Shown here: positions 1 to 11,759 of the stretch, in pieces
Layout: every line of letters starts with the position of its first letter
Numbering within the stretch: position 1 is the stretch's first letter
Source: Azolla caroliniana
Lineage: Eukaryota; Plantae; Polypodiophyta
Assembly: GCA_043228905.1 (NCBI GenBank)
Contig: JBHGNT010000011.1
Location: forward strand, 3,720,001-3,784,000
Length of the DNA: 64,000 bases
Reading direction: 5' to 3'
Program-made: the position numbers and the translations under genes
The notes under the pieces: model-generated
The model's input: only the letters and a program-made list of their open reading frames with translations
Database searches by the model: none
Told to the model about the DNA's origin: nothing

Positions 1-1661
1 AGAGTCCGATTTTGACGTGACAAAGCCCATCCGACGCAGTTGTTGCGTGATCTTCGCGTTCCAGGCACACGGGGCTTGGTTTAGTCCGTAAAGGGACTTC
101 TTCAGTCGGCATACTGCCAAGGAGTTCGTTCCAGAGTGAAATCCAGGGGGTTGTACCATGTACACCTGTTCCTCAAGGTCACCTTGCAGGAACGCATTCT
201 TTACATCCATCTGATGTAAGTGCCACCCCTTCGCCGCAGCTACTGCTAGCAAAACACGGACGGTCGTCATTTTCGCGACCAGCGCAAATGTCTCATCGTA
301 GTCGATGCCGTGTTTCTGCGCGTAGCCCTTTGCCACTAGCCGAGCCTTGTACCGGTTGACCGAGCCATCGGTGTTGTACTTGACGTTGTACACCCACCTA
401 CACCCGATCGGCTTCACACCCTTCGGTGCGTCAACGCGTTCTCCGCCAATGCGTGCATCTCTTCCTCCATCGTGGCACGCCAATTCGCGTTTTTAGCCGC
501 TTCTGCGTAGCTCTCCGGCTCGCGCACTTCCGCTACACGGGTCATGTATGCATAATGATGCGCCATGTACTCGTTGTATCCGAACCGCAGAACAAGATTC
601 TTCTCGGCCGACGCGGTCTTCATCTTTAAAGACCTGTCACCGGTTCCCTCGGAGTCAGACTCGCGTCGGTCAGACTCGTTCCTATCCGTGCCGGAATCCA
701 ACACCTTCTTCTTCCCTTTCTCTTTGTGTGTAAGCCGTCTCCTCGGCTTCCTCCGCGGGGAATGCACGGCCGAGTCTCCACTACTCGCCGGCTCTTCATC
801 GGACTGGTCGTACCGACTCAGTCGTCCAATCGGTCCACTTAACCGGAGTGAAATTGGACTCTCTTCGCGGGTCTCGATTTCGGGCTCATCCGGAGGCATC
901 TCGGCCTCGCTGATCTCATCGTCAGAGCTCGGATTGGAGTCGAGGTTCGTAGTCGGGGGCAGGTACCAGGACGCGGACTCGTCAAACACAACGTCGCGGC
1001 TCACACGCGCTTGTTTGGTGAGAGGGTTATAGCACTTATAACCCTTCTGCTCGTCCGAGTAACCGACCAAGATGCATTTCTCGGCCTTTGCGTCCAGCTT
1101 CCTCCTTTTCTCCTTCAGTATATGCACATACGCAATGCTACCGAACACCCTCAAGTGTCGCAAGTTCGGCTTCGTTCCGAAATATAGCTCGTGCGCCGAC
1201 ACTTTGTCTCCGATCCGGTTCTGAATGTATACCGCGGTCCTTACCGCCTTGGCCCAGTAGAACTTGGGCAAGCTCTTCTCCTCCAGCATTGCCCGTGCCG
1301 CTTCCACAATCGACCGATTCTTTCTCTCAGCCACGCCGTTCTGCTCCGGCGTGTGTCGGGGTAGTTGTGGTTCGTGCGGCGAAGTCGCAGGGACTAAGGT
1401 TAAGGGGAGTTGAAGGAACTTTATTAGGCTTGCGTGCAAATGTTAGGAAGATAAAGGATATGAGGAATAATAGTTTGAAGTAATATGTGTGAGAGAGAGA
1501 CTAGTATAGATAAAAGATAGAGGCAATGTATGATTCAAGACGCAAGATAGAGACAAAGTATGATTTAAGACAAAAAAGTATATGATATGAACATGATGTA
1601 TATTATGAATACAAGATTTTACCAACTTTACAATGTTTGGTAGCAAGATGAACCCTTTCTC

Positions 1662-1733
1662 TACCGACCCTTGATTCGAACTCTTGACTCCAACTTGGAA
1701 ACACGAGCCTTTTCACCAACAAGCTAACTTGTT
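1662..1733 (-). promoter_or_regulatory. tRNA-like A-box/B-box module 1 inside the solo LTR
   Basis: Minus strand TAGCTTGTTGG (starts 1726) and GTTCGAATC (G at 1681), offset 45 nt as for tRNA T8-G53. D-arm-like GCTT/AGGC; other stems poor. Confidence 0.55.
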
Positions 1734-1974
1734 TGTTTCTTTGATTATCTTATTTCTCTAACTTTCTCTTGATTCCTTTGTTTTCCCTTTCCCCTCTTTA
1801 TATAAGTGTTGCCATGCATATGGTAATGTATGGGATCATGGCATGCATGCAATGCATGAGTTACATGTAATGCATGATCGCCATTTGGCGCACATGCATT
1901 GCATGTGATGAATGATGGCTATGGATGAAAATAGATATGGGATAAGTATAATGATGAAAATGCATTCTAAAATA

Positions 1975-2234
1975 ACTAACCTAGCTTAGTGGTGTATGCT
2001 TGGTGCTTGGTATACAAGGTTGAGGGTTCAAGTCCCTCAATTTTACTTAATACAATATATAGCTTCATTCTTATATCATGAAGCACATTTATTACACACT
2101 TTTACAAATAAATAGCCTAGCCTAGTTGTATGTACATTGTACATCGTTTATAAGGATGTGGGTTCAAGTCTCTCAAATATTATTAAATACAACATTTAAG
2201 CTCATTTTTATATCGTGAAGCACATTCTTCACGA
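1975..2234 (+). promoter_or_regulatory. Two tandem ~136-bp units, each with a tRNA-like A-box/B-box module
   Basis: TAGCTTAGTGG (1982) ... GAGGG-TTCAAGT-CCCTC (perfect T-arm) followed by TTTT (2041-2044). Second unit TAGCCTAGTTG (2118) ... GTGGG-TTCAAGT-CTCTC. A-to-B offset is 44 nt in both. Confidence 0.6.
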
Positions 2235-3452
2235 CAGCGTGTATCTACAACTGAATTCGCAGCGAATTCCCATTTGTTGTAGGTAACCGTTGAATTGACC
2301 GGAGAAGTACTCTTTCCCGCCATCTGACCGCAGGCACTTGATCTTTCGTCCCATTTCCGTTTCTACGAACCCATTGAGGTCCCGGAAACAGTCGAAGACT
2401 TCGCTCTTCCTCTCAATGAGGTAGATCCACGTGTGCCGCGTGTGGTCGTCGATGAAGGAGACGAAATATCGGCTCTTGCCAAGACTAACGTTTTGTGTCG
2501 GCCCCCACACATCCGAGTGTATAAGGTCGAGCTTGTTCCGGCTCCGGTTTTGCTCGTTGGGGAAAGGAAGTCGGTGTTGCTTCCCGAGCTGGCAGGCTTC
2601 ACAAATTCGTGCCTTTCGGCCACTAAACTTGGGCAATCCGAATACTACCTGTTTCGATTGCAGATCTTGAAGGCGTTGGTGGTTGACGTGGCCTATCCGC
2701 TTGTGCCACAAGTCGATGTCCGACTCGGCTTTTTGTCCCTTTGCGAACATTGCGGTGCCGCCGTCAGTGGAATCGAGGATGAACATCCTCCCGTCTCTGC
2801 GCCCTTGCGCAATCACACAGCCTTCTTCCTCAATGAGGCACTCGAGGTGTGTAAACCAAACCTCCATCCCTTGGTCGACGATCTGTCCGACCGAGACCAA
2901 GTTCTTCGTGATTGTCGGAACGTGCAGCACGTTCATGAGTTTCCCTTTCTGCCCGACATGGCTAAGGGGAACTTCTCCGACATTTGCGATCGGATGCGGA
3001 GTGTCGTCTCCTGTTGCGACTACTCCAGATTGTATCGGTTTTTCAAGGTACGAGAACCACTTCTTATGGCTCGTCATGTGGTTTGATGCGCCGGAGTCTA
3101 CATACCACACCTCGTCCGATCTCAGGGTGTTCTGTTTCATTGAGTTTTCTTCGTGTCTCGTCACGAAGACAGACCCTTCTCCGGCTCTCCCGGAGTCTTC
3201 GGCGTAGTGTGATCGCTGCCGATTTCACTTGTCGGCATTCTGATGTCGGTGTGCGTGCTTGTAGACGCACCCGCGTGGTTCTCCTCTACCAGGAGCATCG
3301 ACTATAAGTCGAAAAAGGACGGCGTATTCTCCCGGGTACACACAGCCGTTCGGAACGCTCCAAACTTCGACGCCAAACCTCTGAGACAGATCTAGACCAT
3401 CTCGCTGTTGGGATTACAGTCCCTCCGGATGGGATGGTCGGATATCCGGGAA

Positions 3453-3620
3453 TCGGATGATGAATACCCCGGCTACGGAGCCGGATGATGAAGACCCCGG
3501 TTACGGAACCGGATGATGAAGACCCCGGTTACGGAACCGGATGCTGAAGACCCCGGTTACGGAACCGGATGATGAAGACCCCGGTTACGGAACCGGATGC
3601 TGAAGACCCCGACTACGGAG
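3453..3620 (+). repeat. 28-bp tandem array (6 units) in U3 of the B 5' LTR
   Basis: Consensus CCGGATGATGAAGACCCCGGTTACGGAA, head-to-tail with no spacers. Confidence 0.95.
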
Positions 3621-4129
3621 CCGGATGACGAATGTACCCGGAGAGAGATCCGGATGCGGGGACATATTTGTCAATATGTTTGCCAAGGGCCCTTGAGGCT
3701 ATATTTGTAAATAGCCCGAAAGTCATATGTGTATAAATATGACTTAGGGCAAACAGTTGTTGTGGTTGCTGATTATTTTTCTGTTTTTCCACTCAAGAGG
3801 AGTGAAGAGGGAGCAGCCGAGAGAGAGAGACGAAGAGGTAGACGCCTCTGTGTATTTCCGCCGCCTGTGGCGAGGACAGCGAGCTCAAGGTCGTTGCCTT
3901 GCAGCTCGCCATTGTATATTTCTCTGTGCATAGTTTGGTTTGGAGTCTCGCACTCCCGTGGTTTTTCCCGTATAGGGTTTTCCACTTTAATCCCTGTGTA
4001 TCGCGTCTTTCTCTGTATTTCCTATTTTCTGCTGCATTGATCCGCGATTAATCGGTTGTGGCTGAGTGGTGAAGGTGAATCCAAGCGTTGATTCCCAACA
4101 AACTGGTATCAGAGCGACTGTTGCAGAAA

Positions 4130-7100
4130 ATGGAAGGCGGCGGCAGCGGGCAGCCGATGATGATGGTGCTGAATGCACAGAATTACGCCGACTGGAAGAT
4201 CAAGATGGAGGATCTTCTGATTGTTCGGGACCTGTACGAACCGATTGACAGGTCGGAAATACCGAAAGGGGTACTTGAGTCGGAGTGGAAGCTCCTGAAC
4301 CGGAAAGCCGTAGCGACGATCCGACAGTATGTCGACGTGAGCGTCCTACAACATGTGGCAAACGACACCAACGCATATGAGATGTGGAAGAAGCTGTCGG
4401 GCCTCTACGAGAGGAAGAATGCGTTGAACCGGACCTCCCTGATGAGGAAGATAGTGAATCTCAAGTACCGGGACGGCGAGAGTATGGTGGAACACGTAAG
4501 CACGTTCATGGGATTCGTGAATCAGCTTGCGGCGATCAAGTTCCCGTTGGAGGATGCAATGCAAGCCATCATCCTGATGTGTACATTGCCGGAAAGCTGG
4601 GAGAACTTGGTGGTGACTCTCAGCACCTCGTGCACCGAAGATAACTTGTCCTTACAAACGGTAAAGACAAGTATTCTGAATGAAGAAGCGCGTCGGAGAG
4701 ATAAGGAACCGGCCTCCGACCCGAAGATGCTGTTTACCGAATCGGATCGGGGAAGACAATGGAACCGGAGTCCGCAAAGACGGGAGAAGTCGGGGACCCG
4801 GTCGCAGTCAAGAGGAAGGCCCACATGCTTCCACTGTGGGAAGCCGGGGCACTTCCGGAAGAATTGTCGGCATTACCGAAAGGACAACGGAGCCGACGAC
4901 ACCGATTCGAAGAAGTCACCGGAGAGGAACGGTGCATACCGGGGAGCCACGGACCGGAGAGGTCCTGATCGGCGAGGGCAGGACCGGAAAGGAACGACGG
5001 CACTAGCGGCAAGTGAAGAAGAGATAATGCTCATTACCGAAGAGAGGGAGCTGAACCTTGCCGGTGTAGAGATGACCTGGGTGGTCGATTCCGGAGCGTC
5101 GTTCCACCTGACCCCGGAGAAGAAATACTTCTCATCCTACACAGCCGGTGAGCACGGCTGTGTCCGGATGGGAAATGAAGGCACATGCCGGATTGCCGGC
5201 ATAGGTGACGTGTGGCTGATGACATCAACCGGATGCAAGATGCTGCTGAAGGATGTTCGACACGTTCCGGAGGTCCGATTGAACCTGATCTCGGCCGGGA
5301 GGCTAGATGATGAAGGCTACACGGGTAGCATCCGGAACGGTGTCATGAAGTTCAGCAAAGGGAGCCTGATAGTGGCTCGGGCCCGGAAAGACAACACACT
5401 GTACCTGATGAATGCCCGGTTATGTCCGGAAGAGCTGAATGTGGCAGCCGACACTGCCGGTGAGCTGTGGCACAAGAGACTGTGCCACATGAGTGAGAAG
5501 GGGATGAAGAGGCTTGCAGAAGACAACCTTATTCCAGTGAAGCATGTGCACCTGGAGAAGTGCACCGACTGTCTGGCCGGTAAGCAAAACCGGACCTCCT
5601 TCCACTCAAGGCCACCGACGAGACGTAGTGCACCATTAGAGTTGGTGCACACTGACGTGTGTCAAGTAGAAACGAAGTCACATGGCGGAGCCCAGTACTT
5701 CGTGACATTCATTGATGACCACAGCCGGAAGCTGTGGACGGCACCGTTGAAGACAAAGGACCAAGTATTGTCCGTCTTCAAGGAACTCCACGCGAGAGTG
5801 GAAAGAGAATTCGGCAAGAAGCTGAAAGCGATACGAGCGGATAACGGAGGGGAATACCGGGGGCAGGTCCAGGAGTACTGTCGCTCGAAGGGAATCTGGC
5901 TCGAGTTTACTGTGCCGAAGACGCCGGAACTGAACGGGCTGGCCGAGAGGATGAACCGGACCATAATGGAGAGGGTTCGGAGTATGCTGGCGCATGCGAA
6001 ATTACCCAAGGGTTTTTGGGCTGAGCCAATGTCGACGGCGACATATGTGATAAACAGATCACCCTCAGTACCTTTGGACGGAGACACGCCGCAGAAAGTG
6101 TGGACCGGTAAGGAAGTGTCCTACCGGCATCTGAAGGTGTTCGGGTGTCTCGCATACGTGCATGTGGCAAAGGACCGGAGAGGAAAGCTAGATCCAAAGA
6201 CCCGGCCATGCATATTCCTCGGTTACGGCGATGACGAGTTCGGCTACTGAGTATGGGACCCGGTCGACAAGAAGATATTCAGGAGTCGAGACATCATCTT
6301 CATGGAGGACAAGACACTCGCCGACTGGGAGTCGGAGAAGAAGGTAAAGAGCTCCAAGTCGACCGGTGAGGATCAACTCTACGAGGAGCAGTCCCGACCG
6401 GCAAGGGACCGGTTAGCACTCGAGGATCCGGCCGAAGACGGTGAAGAAACAGAACCGGCCGAAGAAGATGAAAACGATACCGGAACCGGCCCCGATCCCG
6501 AAATGGATTCGGATGAAGAAGAATCGGAAGAACCGGTTACCGAAGCTCCGGAACGGAGATATCCTCTAAGAGAGAGAAGGGCCCCCCGGAGATTTCCGGA
6601 ACCAGAGCACGTGCTGCTAACCGACGAGGGGGAGCCGGAGAGCTTTGAAGAAGCAAAGCATGACACCCAGAGCCGCAGGTGGTTGAGTGCCATGCAGGAC
6701 GAGATGGATTCCCTGCATGAGAACCACACATATGAACTTGTGGAGTTGCCGAATGGAAAGCGGGCACTTCGAAACAAGTGGGTGTTCAAGCTGAAACCGG
6801 GAGATGCCGGAAACCCCCCGAGATACAAAGCCAGGATCGTGGTGAAGGGGTTTCAGCAGAAGAAGGGCGTCGACTTCGACGAAATATTTTCCCCGGTAGT
6901 GAAGATGACCTCCATCCGGACGGTGCTGAGCATAGCGGCAAGCATGGACCTCGAGGTAGAACAGATGGACGTGAAGACGACATTCCTTCACGGCGACCTC
7001 GAAGAAGAGATCTACATGCAACAACCGGAAGGATTCGAGAAGGAAGGGAAGGAGCACCTGGTATGCCGGTTGAAGAAGAGCCTTTACGGACTGAAGCAGG

Positions 7101-8203
7101 CTCCCCGGCAATGGTACCGGAAGTTCGACTCCTTCATGACCGATGAAGGGTACCACAAAACGCAGTCTGATCACTGCGTGTTTGTGAAGAAGTTCGAAGG
7201 AGGAGACTTTCTAATACTCCTTCTGTACGTGGACGACATGTTGATCGTCGGACGGGACCAGGTCAAGATACGGATGCTGAAGAAGGCTCTTCACCGAACC
7301 TTCTCAATGAAGGACTTGGGTCCGGCGAGGCAAATACTAGGGATGCACATCATCCGGGACCAGAAGAAGAAGCAGTTGTGGCTGTCACAGGAGAAGTACG
7401 TGACGAAGCTGCTTCACCGGTTCAACATGTCGGAGGCAAGACCGGTCGGATCGACCCTCCCGGCAAACTGCAAGCTGTCCAGCAAGCAAAGTCCCAAGAC
7501 AAAGGCTGAAAAGGAGGATATGATGAAAGTGCCGTATGCCTCAGCCGTCGGGAGCTTGATGTACGCCATGGTGTGTACGAGACCGGACATCGGATATGCA
7601 GTCGGAGTGGTGAGCCGGTACATGAGCAATCCCGGCAAAGAGCATTGGAACGCGGCCAAGTGGATACTCCGATACCTGAAGGGCATGGCAAACGTGTGCC
7701 TCCGATTCGGCTCCGGTAAGCCCGAACTCGACGGCTTCACCGATTCGGATATGTCGGCTGATGCAGATACCAGCCGGTCCACATCAGGGTATGTGATGAC
7801 GTATGCAGGGGGAGCCGTTTCGTGGCAGTCGAGGCTGCAGAAGACGGTTGCGTTGTCAACCACGGAGGCGGAGTACATGGCGGCTGTTGAAGCCGGCAAG
7901 GAAATAATATGGATGAAGGACTTCATTAGAGAGCTCGGTATCCGGCAGGAGGAGTACCGACTCTACTGCGACAGTCAGAGTGCCATCCACCTTGCGAAGA
8001 ATGCGGCCTATCACTCCCGGACGAAGCACATCCAGCGTAGATACCACTGGATCCGGGAAAGGATAGAAGACAAGGAGTTCATGCTGACGAAGATCCACAC
8101 GGACGAGAACGGGTCGGATATGCTGACCAAGGTACTCACACCCGACAAGCTGGAAGCATGCCGAAGAAGGATCGGATTGGAAAGACATCCCATGCCGAAG
8201 TGA
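4130..8203 (+). pseudogene. Gag-Pol polyprotein of B with one in-frame nonsense codon (6248-6250)
   Basis: CCHC knuckle CFHCGKPGHFRKNC, protease DSGAS, integrase HTDVC/ADNGGE/E, RT LYVDD, RNase H. ORFs 4088-6250 and 6302-8203 are in the same frame. The TGA is CGA (GYRVW) in sister copy C. Confidence 0.95.
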
Positions 8204-8260
8204 AGGGGGAGTTTGTTGGGATTACGGTCCCTCCGGATGGGATGGTCGGATATCCGGGAA

Positions 8261-8456
8261 TCGGATGATGAATACCCCGGCTACGGAGCCGGATGATGAA
8301 GACCCCGGTTACGGAACCGGATGATGAAGACCCCGGTTACGGAACCGGATGCTGAAGACCCCGGTTACGGAACCGGATGATGAAGACCCCGGTTACGGAA
8401 CCGGATGATGAAGACCCCGGTTACGGAACCGGATGCTGAAGACCCCGACTACGGAG
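8261..8456 (+). repeat. 28-bp tandem array (7 units) in U3 of the B 3' LTR
   Basis: Same unit; the extra copy accounts for the 28-bp length difference between the LTRs. Confidence 0.95.
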
Positions 8457-9449
8457 CCGGATGACGAATGTACCCGGAGAGAGATCCGGATGCGGGGACA
8501 TATTTGTCAATATGTTTGCCAAGGGCCCTTGAGGCTATATTTGTAAATAGCCCGAAAGTCATATGTGTATAAATTTGACTTAGGGCAAACAGTTGTTGTT
8601 GTTGCTGATTATTTTTCTGTTTTTCCACTCAAGAGGAGTGAAGAGGGAGCAGCCGAGAGAGAGAGACGAAGAGGTAGACGCCTTTGTGTATTTCCGCCTC
8701 CTGTGGCGAGGACAGCGAGCTCAAGGTCGTTGCCTTGCAGCTCGCCATTGTATATTTCTCTGTGCATAGTTTGGTTTGGAGTCTCGCACTCCCGTGGTTT
8801 TTCCCGTATAGGGTTTTCCACGTTAATCCCTGTGTATCGCGTCTTTCTCTGTATTTCCTATTTTCTGCTGCATTGATCCGCGATTAATCGGTTGTGGCTG
8901 AGTGGTGAAGGTGAATCCAAGCGTTGATTCCCAACACTCGCTCTCCTCGACGTTCACCTCTATGGAGGCGAGGGAGTCGCAGATATCCTTGATCTTCGAG
9001 GTATAGTCCGGCACCGACAAGTCGCGTTGTCGTAGGTTGCTCAACTCCTGTCGGAGCTAAAGCTTCCTGGCTGTGGTGCTCGCGGCGAAAATCTTCTTCA
9101 GATTTTCCCACGCACCCTTCGGCGTCTTTGCATCCCGAACATAGCTCAATAGTTGTTCGCCCACACACAACGCGAAGCAGTACAATACCCTACTCGCCGA
9201 TTGCTCCCACGACGGGAAGTCTCTGTGTGTCGATTCGGGTGCCGCGTCATTAGCTCCTTCGACATAACTCCAGTAGCCGTGCCCGAGCAGGTACTGGTGC
9301 ATCTTGTAGGACCAAGACGCGTAGTTGGTTCTGTCGAGCTTCTCTGTTGGAAGCGAGCTCGCCATGCCTCTATCCATCGTTCTTCTAGTTCTTCTTCGTC
9401 AAGCTGTGTCGGCTGCAGAGAGGTTCTCAACCCTCGCGCTCTGATACCA

Positions 9450-9843
9450 TGAAAAAGTAACGTGCGGAAGCAAGTATGAAGACCGAACAGAAGGAAGGAA
9501 ACTCAGGTTCAATGGAGAGCTTAAGCTTAAACGGTATACGCGGGAGAGACAGAGAGAGTGAGAGAGAAGACACAAAGAACTATATTCAACAATAATACTC
9601 AGTCTGTACATAAGACGTGCTCAGTGAGCACTTTTATACAAGTCCTAAAAGGACTGACCGAAGTACTGACAGTACTTCAATGCTCATCAAGAGCTCCTAC
9701 ACTAACTCCCAAATATATTCCTCACGGAATATCTTTCCTAACAGCCTCCCGGTTTATGCACTCGGCCTAACCGATCGGTCCCAACCGATCCGGTCCTCGG
9801 CTTCTTCAGCCGACCAGGCCGATGTTGAGCTTGTCTCTCAACA
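9450..9843 (-). repeat. 5' LTR of Copia A (~394 bp)
   Basis: Minus strand runs TGTTGAG...TTTTTCA and abuts the PBS. Related LTR starts follow a PPT at about 10350 (+) and 59466 (-). Confidence 0.8.
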
Positions 9844-10790
9844 CAAAGGCTAGCCACATGCAAGGGGAGCGGCCTAAAGAGTGAGCCGAAGCCAGAGCCA
9901 ACCAAACCAAATGAAGGCCAAGACTAAGACATGGGCAAATGTGGTCAAGGGCTCGGAGGATGAGGATGGATCGGAGACATCCAATTCGGATGAGAGCTAG
10001 AATGAATCAGAATCATCCGATTTGATTGTGGAAGATGACTCGGATGAGCCGAATCGCACAAAGGCCAAGGGGGTGAGGCACCTGAAGCCGACGTCGAGAT
10101 GGAGGAGCCGATGGGGCGAGGGGCGGCAATACCATGATAGCGAGGGAGCTGACAATGGCCTTCAATGAAGACAAGCCCATCGTAAGGGTTGAGGTGTGCA
10201 AAACTAGATGAATCAAGGAGTGCCAGATCGAAGGGGTCATGGGACGCAAGGCCGAACTGGACAAGGAGCACAAGCGAGGCGTCGAGACGAACTAGCTGAA
10301 CTAGCTGAACCTGACACGGAGGAACCTCAAGTTGAGCTTGAGGGGGAGGTATAAGAGACAAGCTCTACATGGGCCAAATTGGCTAAAGAAGTTGACTGTC
10401 GAGAGCCGAATCGAATGGACTCTGATTCGGGTGAACCAAGTCGGAAGGATTCCGGTAGGCTGTTGGAGGCCTATAGTCCTGTTATTGAGATATCAAGCTC
10501 AACTTAGTTTAGTTGTTTCATTAACACACATAACTTTGTAGTTACCTCGGTAGAATCTAGTTAGCGTGTTGACCTTAAAGCCTTAAATAGGATTTTGTAC
10601 TTGAGTGGAATACATTGTAGATCCTCCAATCCCATGTTCATTTAATATAGGACTTACAGGTCTGTACGTATATTCTACTCACACATGTGCACCTTTGCAC
10701 ATGAGATGTATATATACCTCATTGTGGGTATTTTTGTATTGGTGATGCTTTCAATATAGTTAACCATCCCCCATCTTGTCTCGTTGTTCA
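9844..10790 (+). mobile_element. Decayed 3' UTR, PPT and LTR of an A-family Copia
   Basis: GGAACCTCAAGTTGAGCTTGAGGGGGAG followed by a degenerate LTR start (TATAAGAGACAAGCTCTACA). Resembles the reverse complement of 59446-59900. Confidence 0.6.
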
Positions 10791-11409
10791 CCAGTATGCA
10801 GATCAACCACGTACAAGATGATTACGATAGGGTTGTCTGACTTGCTTCTGATGTAGAGGGAGTTGTCCGATTTCGACATGTGGAGGCCAATTTGGTGAAG
10901 ATATCGAGTGATCTTCGAGTGCCAAGCACGCAATGCTTGCTTGAGTCTGTACAATGGCTTCTTGAGTCGTCAGAATGCGGTCGGATGCTTGGTCGATTCA
11001 AAACCAGGTGGTTGAATCATGAAGATCTCATCTGCTAATTCCTCTTGAATAAAGGCATTCTTCACGTCCATTTAGAGGAGGTGCCACCCTTTACCAACGA
11101 CGAGTGCAATGATTGTCTGAATAATCGTAATCTTTGCCACAGGGGCAAAGGTCTCCTCATAGTCGACTCCATGTGTTTGAGCATATCCCTTAGCTATGAG
11201 TTGTGCCTTATGGCGGTTCACATAGCCATCGACATTATATTTTATTTTATATATCCATCTATAGATGATCGATTCCTTGTGTGGGGAACGGGGGGACAAA
11301 ATCCCATGTCTCGTTCTTGCACAATGTTTACATCTCCTCGTTCATGGCTTCAACCCATCATGGATCTTTGGTTGGCTCAGAAAATGTTTCCGGTTCTCTA
11401 ATTGTCGCA
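10791..11409 (-). pseudogene. Copia RT fragment (D-like family)
   Basis: ATIREPETF...KIKYNVDG...KGYAQTHGVDYEETFAP...IILYVVD, with stops. Confidence 0.85.
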
Positions 11410-11759
11410 TTTTAAAAACTGTCCATCGAGAAAAGGCACAAAATAAGTCGTAAAACAAAAAGGGGTGCTGCATGCGTAAAGGTTTTTTAAAAACAACCCA
11501 AAATATATTGATTTCTAGCATGTCCAAAAATTTAGGGCTTCCAAAAATTTCCTAAATATATGACATGCGAAAATTACAAAAGAATGTACAAATTTTACAA
11601 AAGTCCTACCACCTATATTTATACATATTCAAGAATTAGCATCTTGATGTAAAATACAATATTTACAATTGACATATCAGAACTATCACTTCCTAAAGCT
11701 ATGCCTTCCCCTTCAGACCCATCCAATGAAGTAGAAGAGCTTTGTGAGGTCTCATCCTC

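Larger units (their letters stand above)
1354..2236 (-). mobile_element. Solo LTR (883 bp, probably Ty3/Gypsy) inserted in the integrase of element A
   Basis: TG...CA ends (TGTCGG...CACGACA). 5-bp TSD GCGTG at 1349-1353 and 2237-2241; removing it restores host SCRYTPEQNG. TATA-like TATATAAA on minus near 1800. Confidence 0.9.
3406..8936 (+). mobile_element. Full-length young Ty1/Copia element B nested in the gag of A
   Basis: LTRs 3406-4100 (695 bp) and 8214-8936 (723 bp), TGTTGGGA...TCCCAACA. TSD CTCGC (3401-3405, 8937-8941). PBS TGGTATCAGAGC 4104-4115 (initiator tRNA-Met type). PPT GAAGTGAAGGGGGAG 8197-8211. Confidence 0.97.
1..9843 (-). mobile_element. Ty1/Copia element A, cut by the window edge; host of two nested insertions
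   Basis: 5' LTR 9450-9843 followed by PBS TGGTATCAGAGC on the minus strand (9438-9449). Gag MASSLPTEKLDRTNYASW (ORF 9057-9377); protease DSGAS and integrase HSDVWGP/RSDGGKE (2237-3164); integrase C-terminus (414-1353); [21 protein letters not shown] (1-410). Domain order PR-IN-RT is Copia-type. Confidence 0.93.

Noticed and set aside
1975-2176. Functional tRNA genes
   Set aside because: There are no acceptor stems and the D/anticodon arms are imperfect; kept only as tRNA-like promoter modules.
3453-3620. CRISPR-like array of 28-bp repeats
   Set aside because: Units are contiguous with no unique spacers, lie in both LTRs of a Copia element, and there are no cas genes.
6248-6250. Programmed stop-codon readthrough separating gag and pol
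   Set aside because: The stop lies inside integrase rather than at the gag/pol boundary, and it is CGA in sister C.
7414-7926. Antisense 170-aa ORF shared by B, C and E
   Set aside because: It is the reverse frame of conserved RT/RNase H codons in closely related copies, with no independent evidence of coding.
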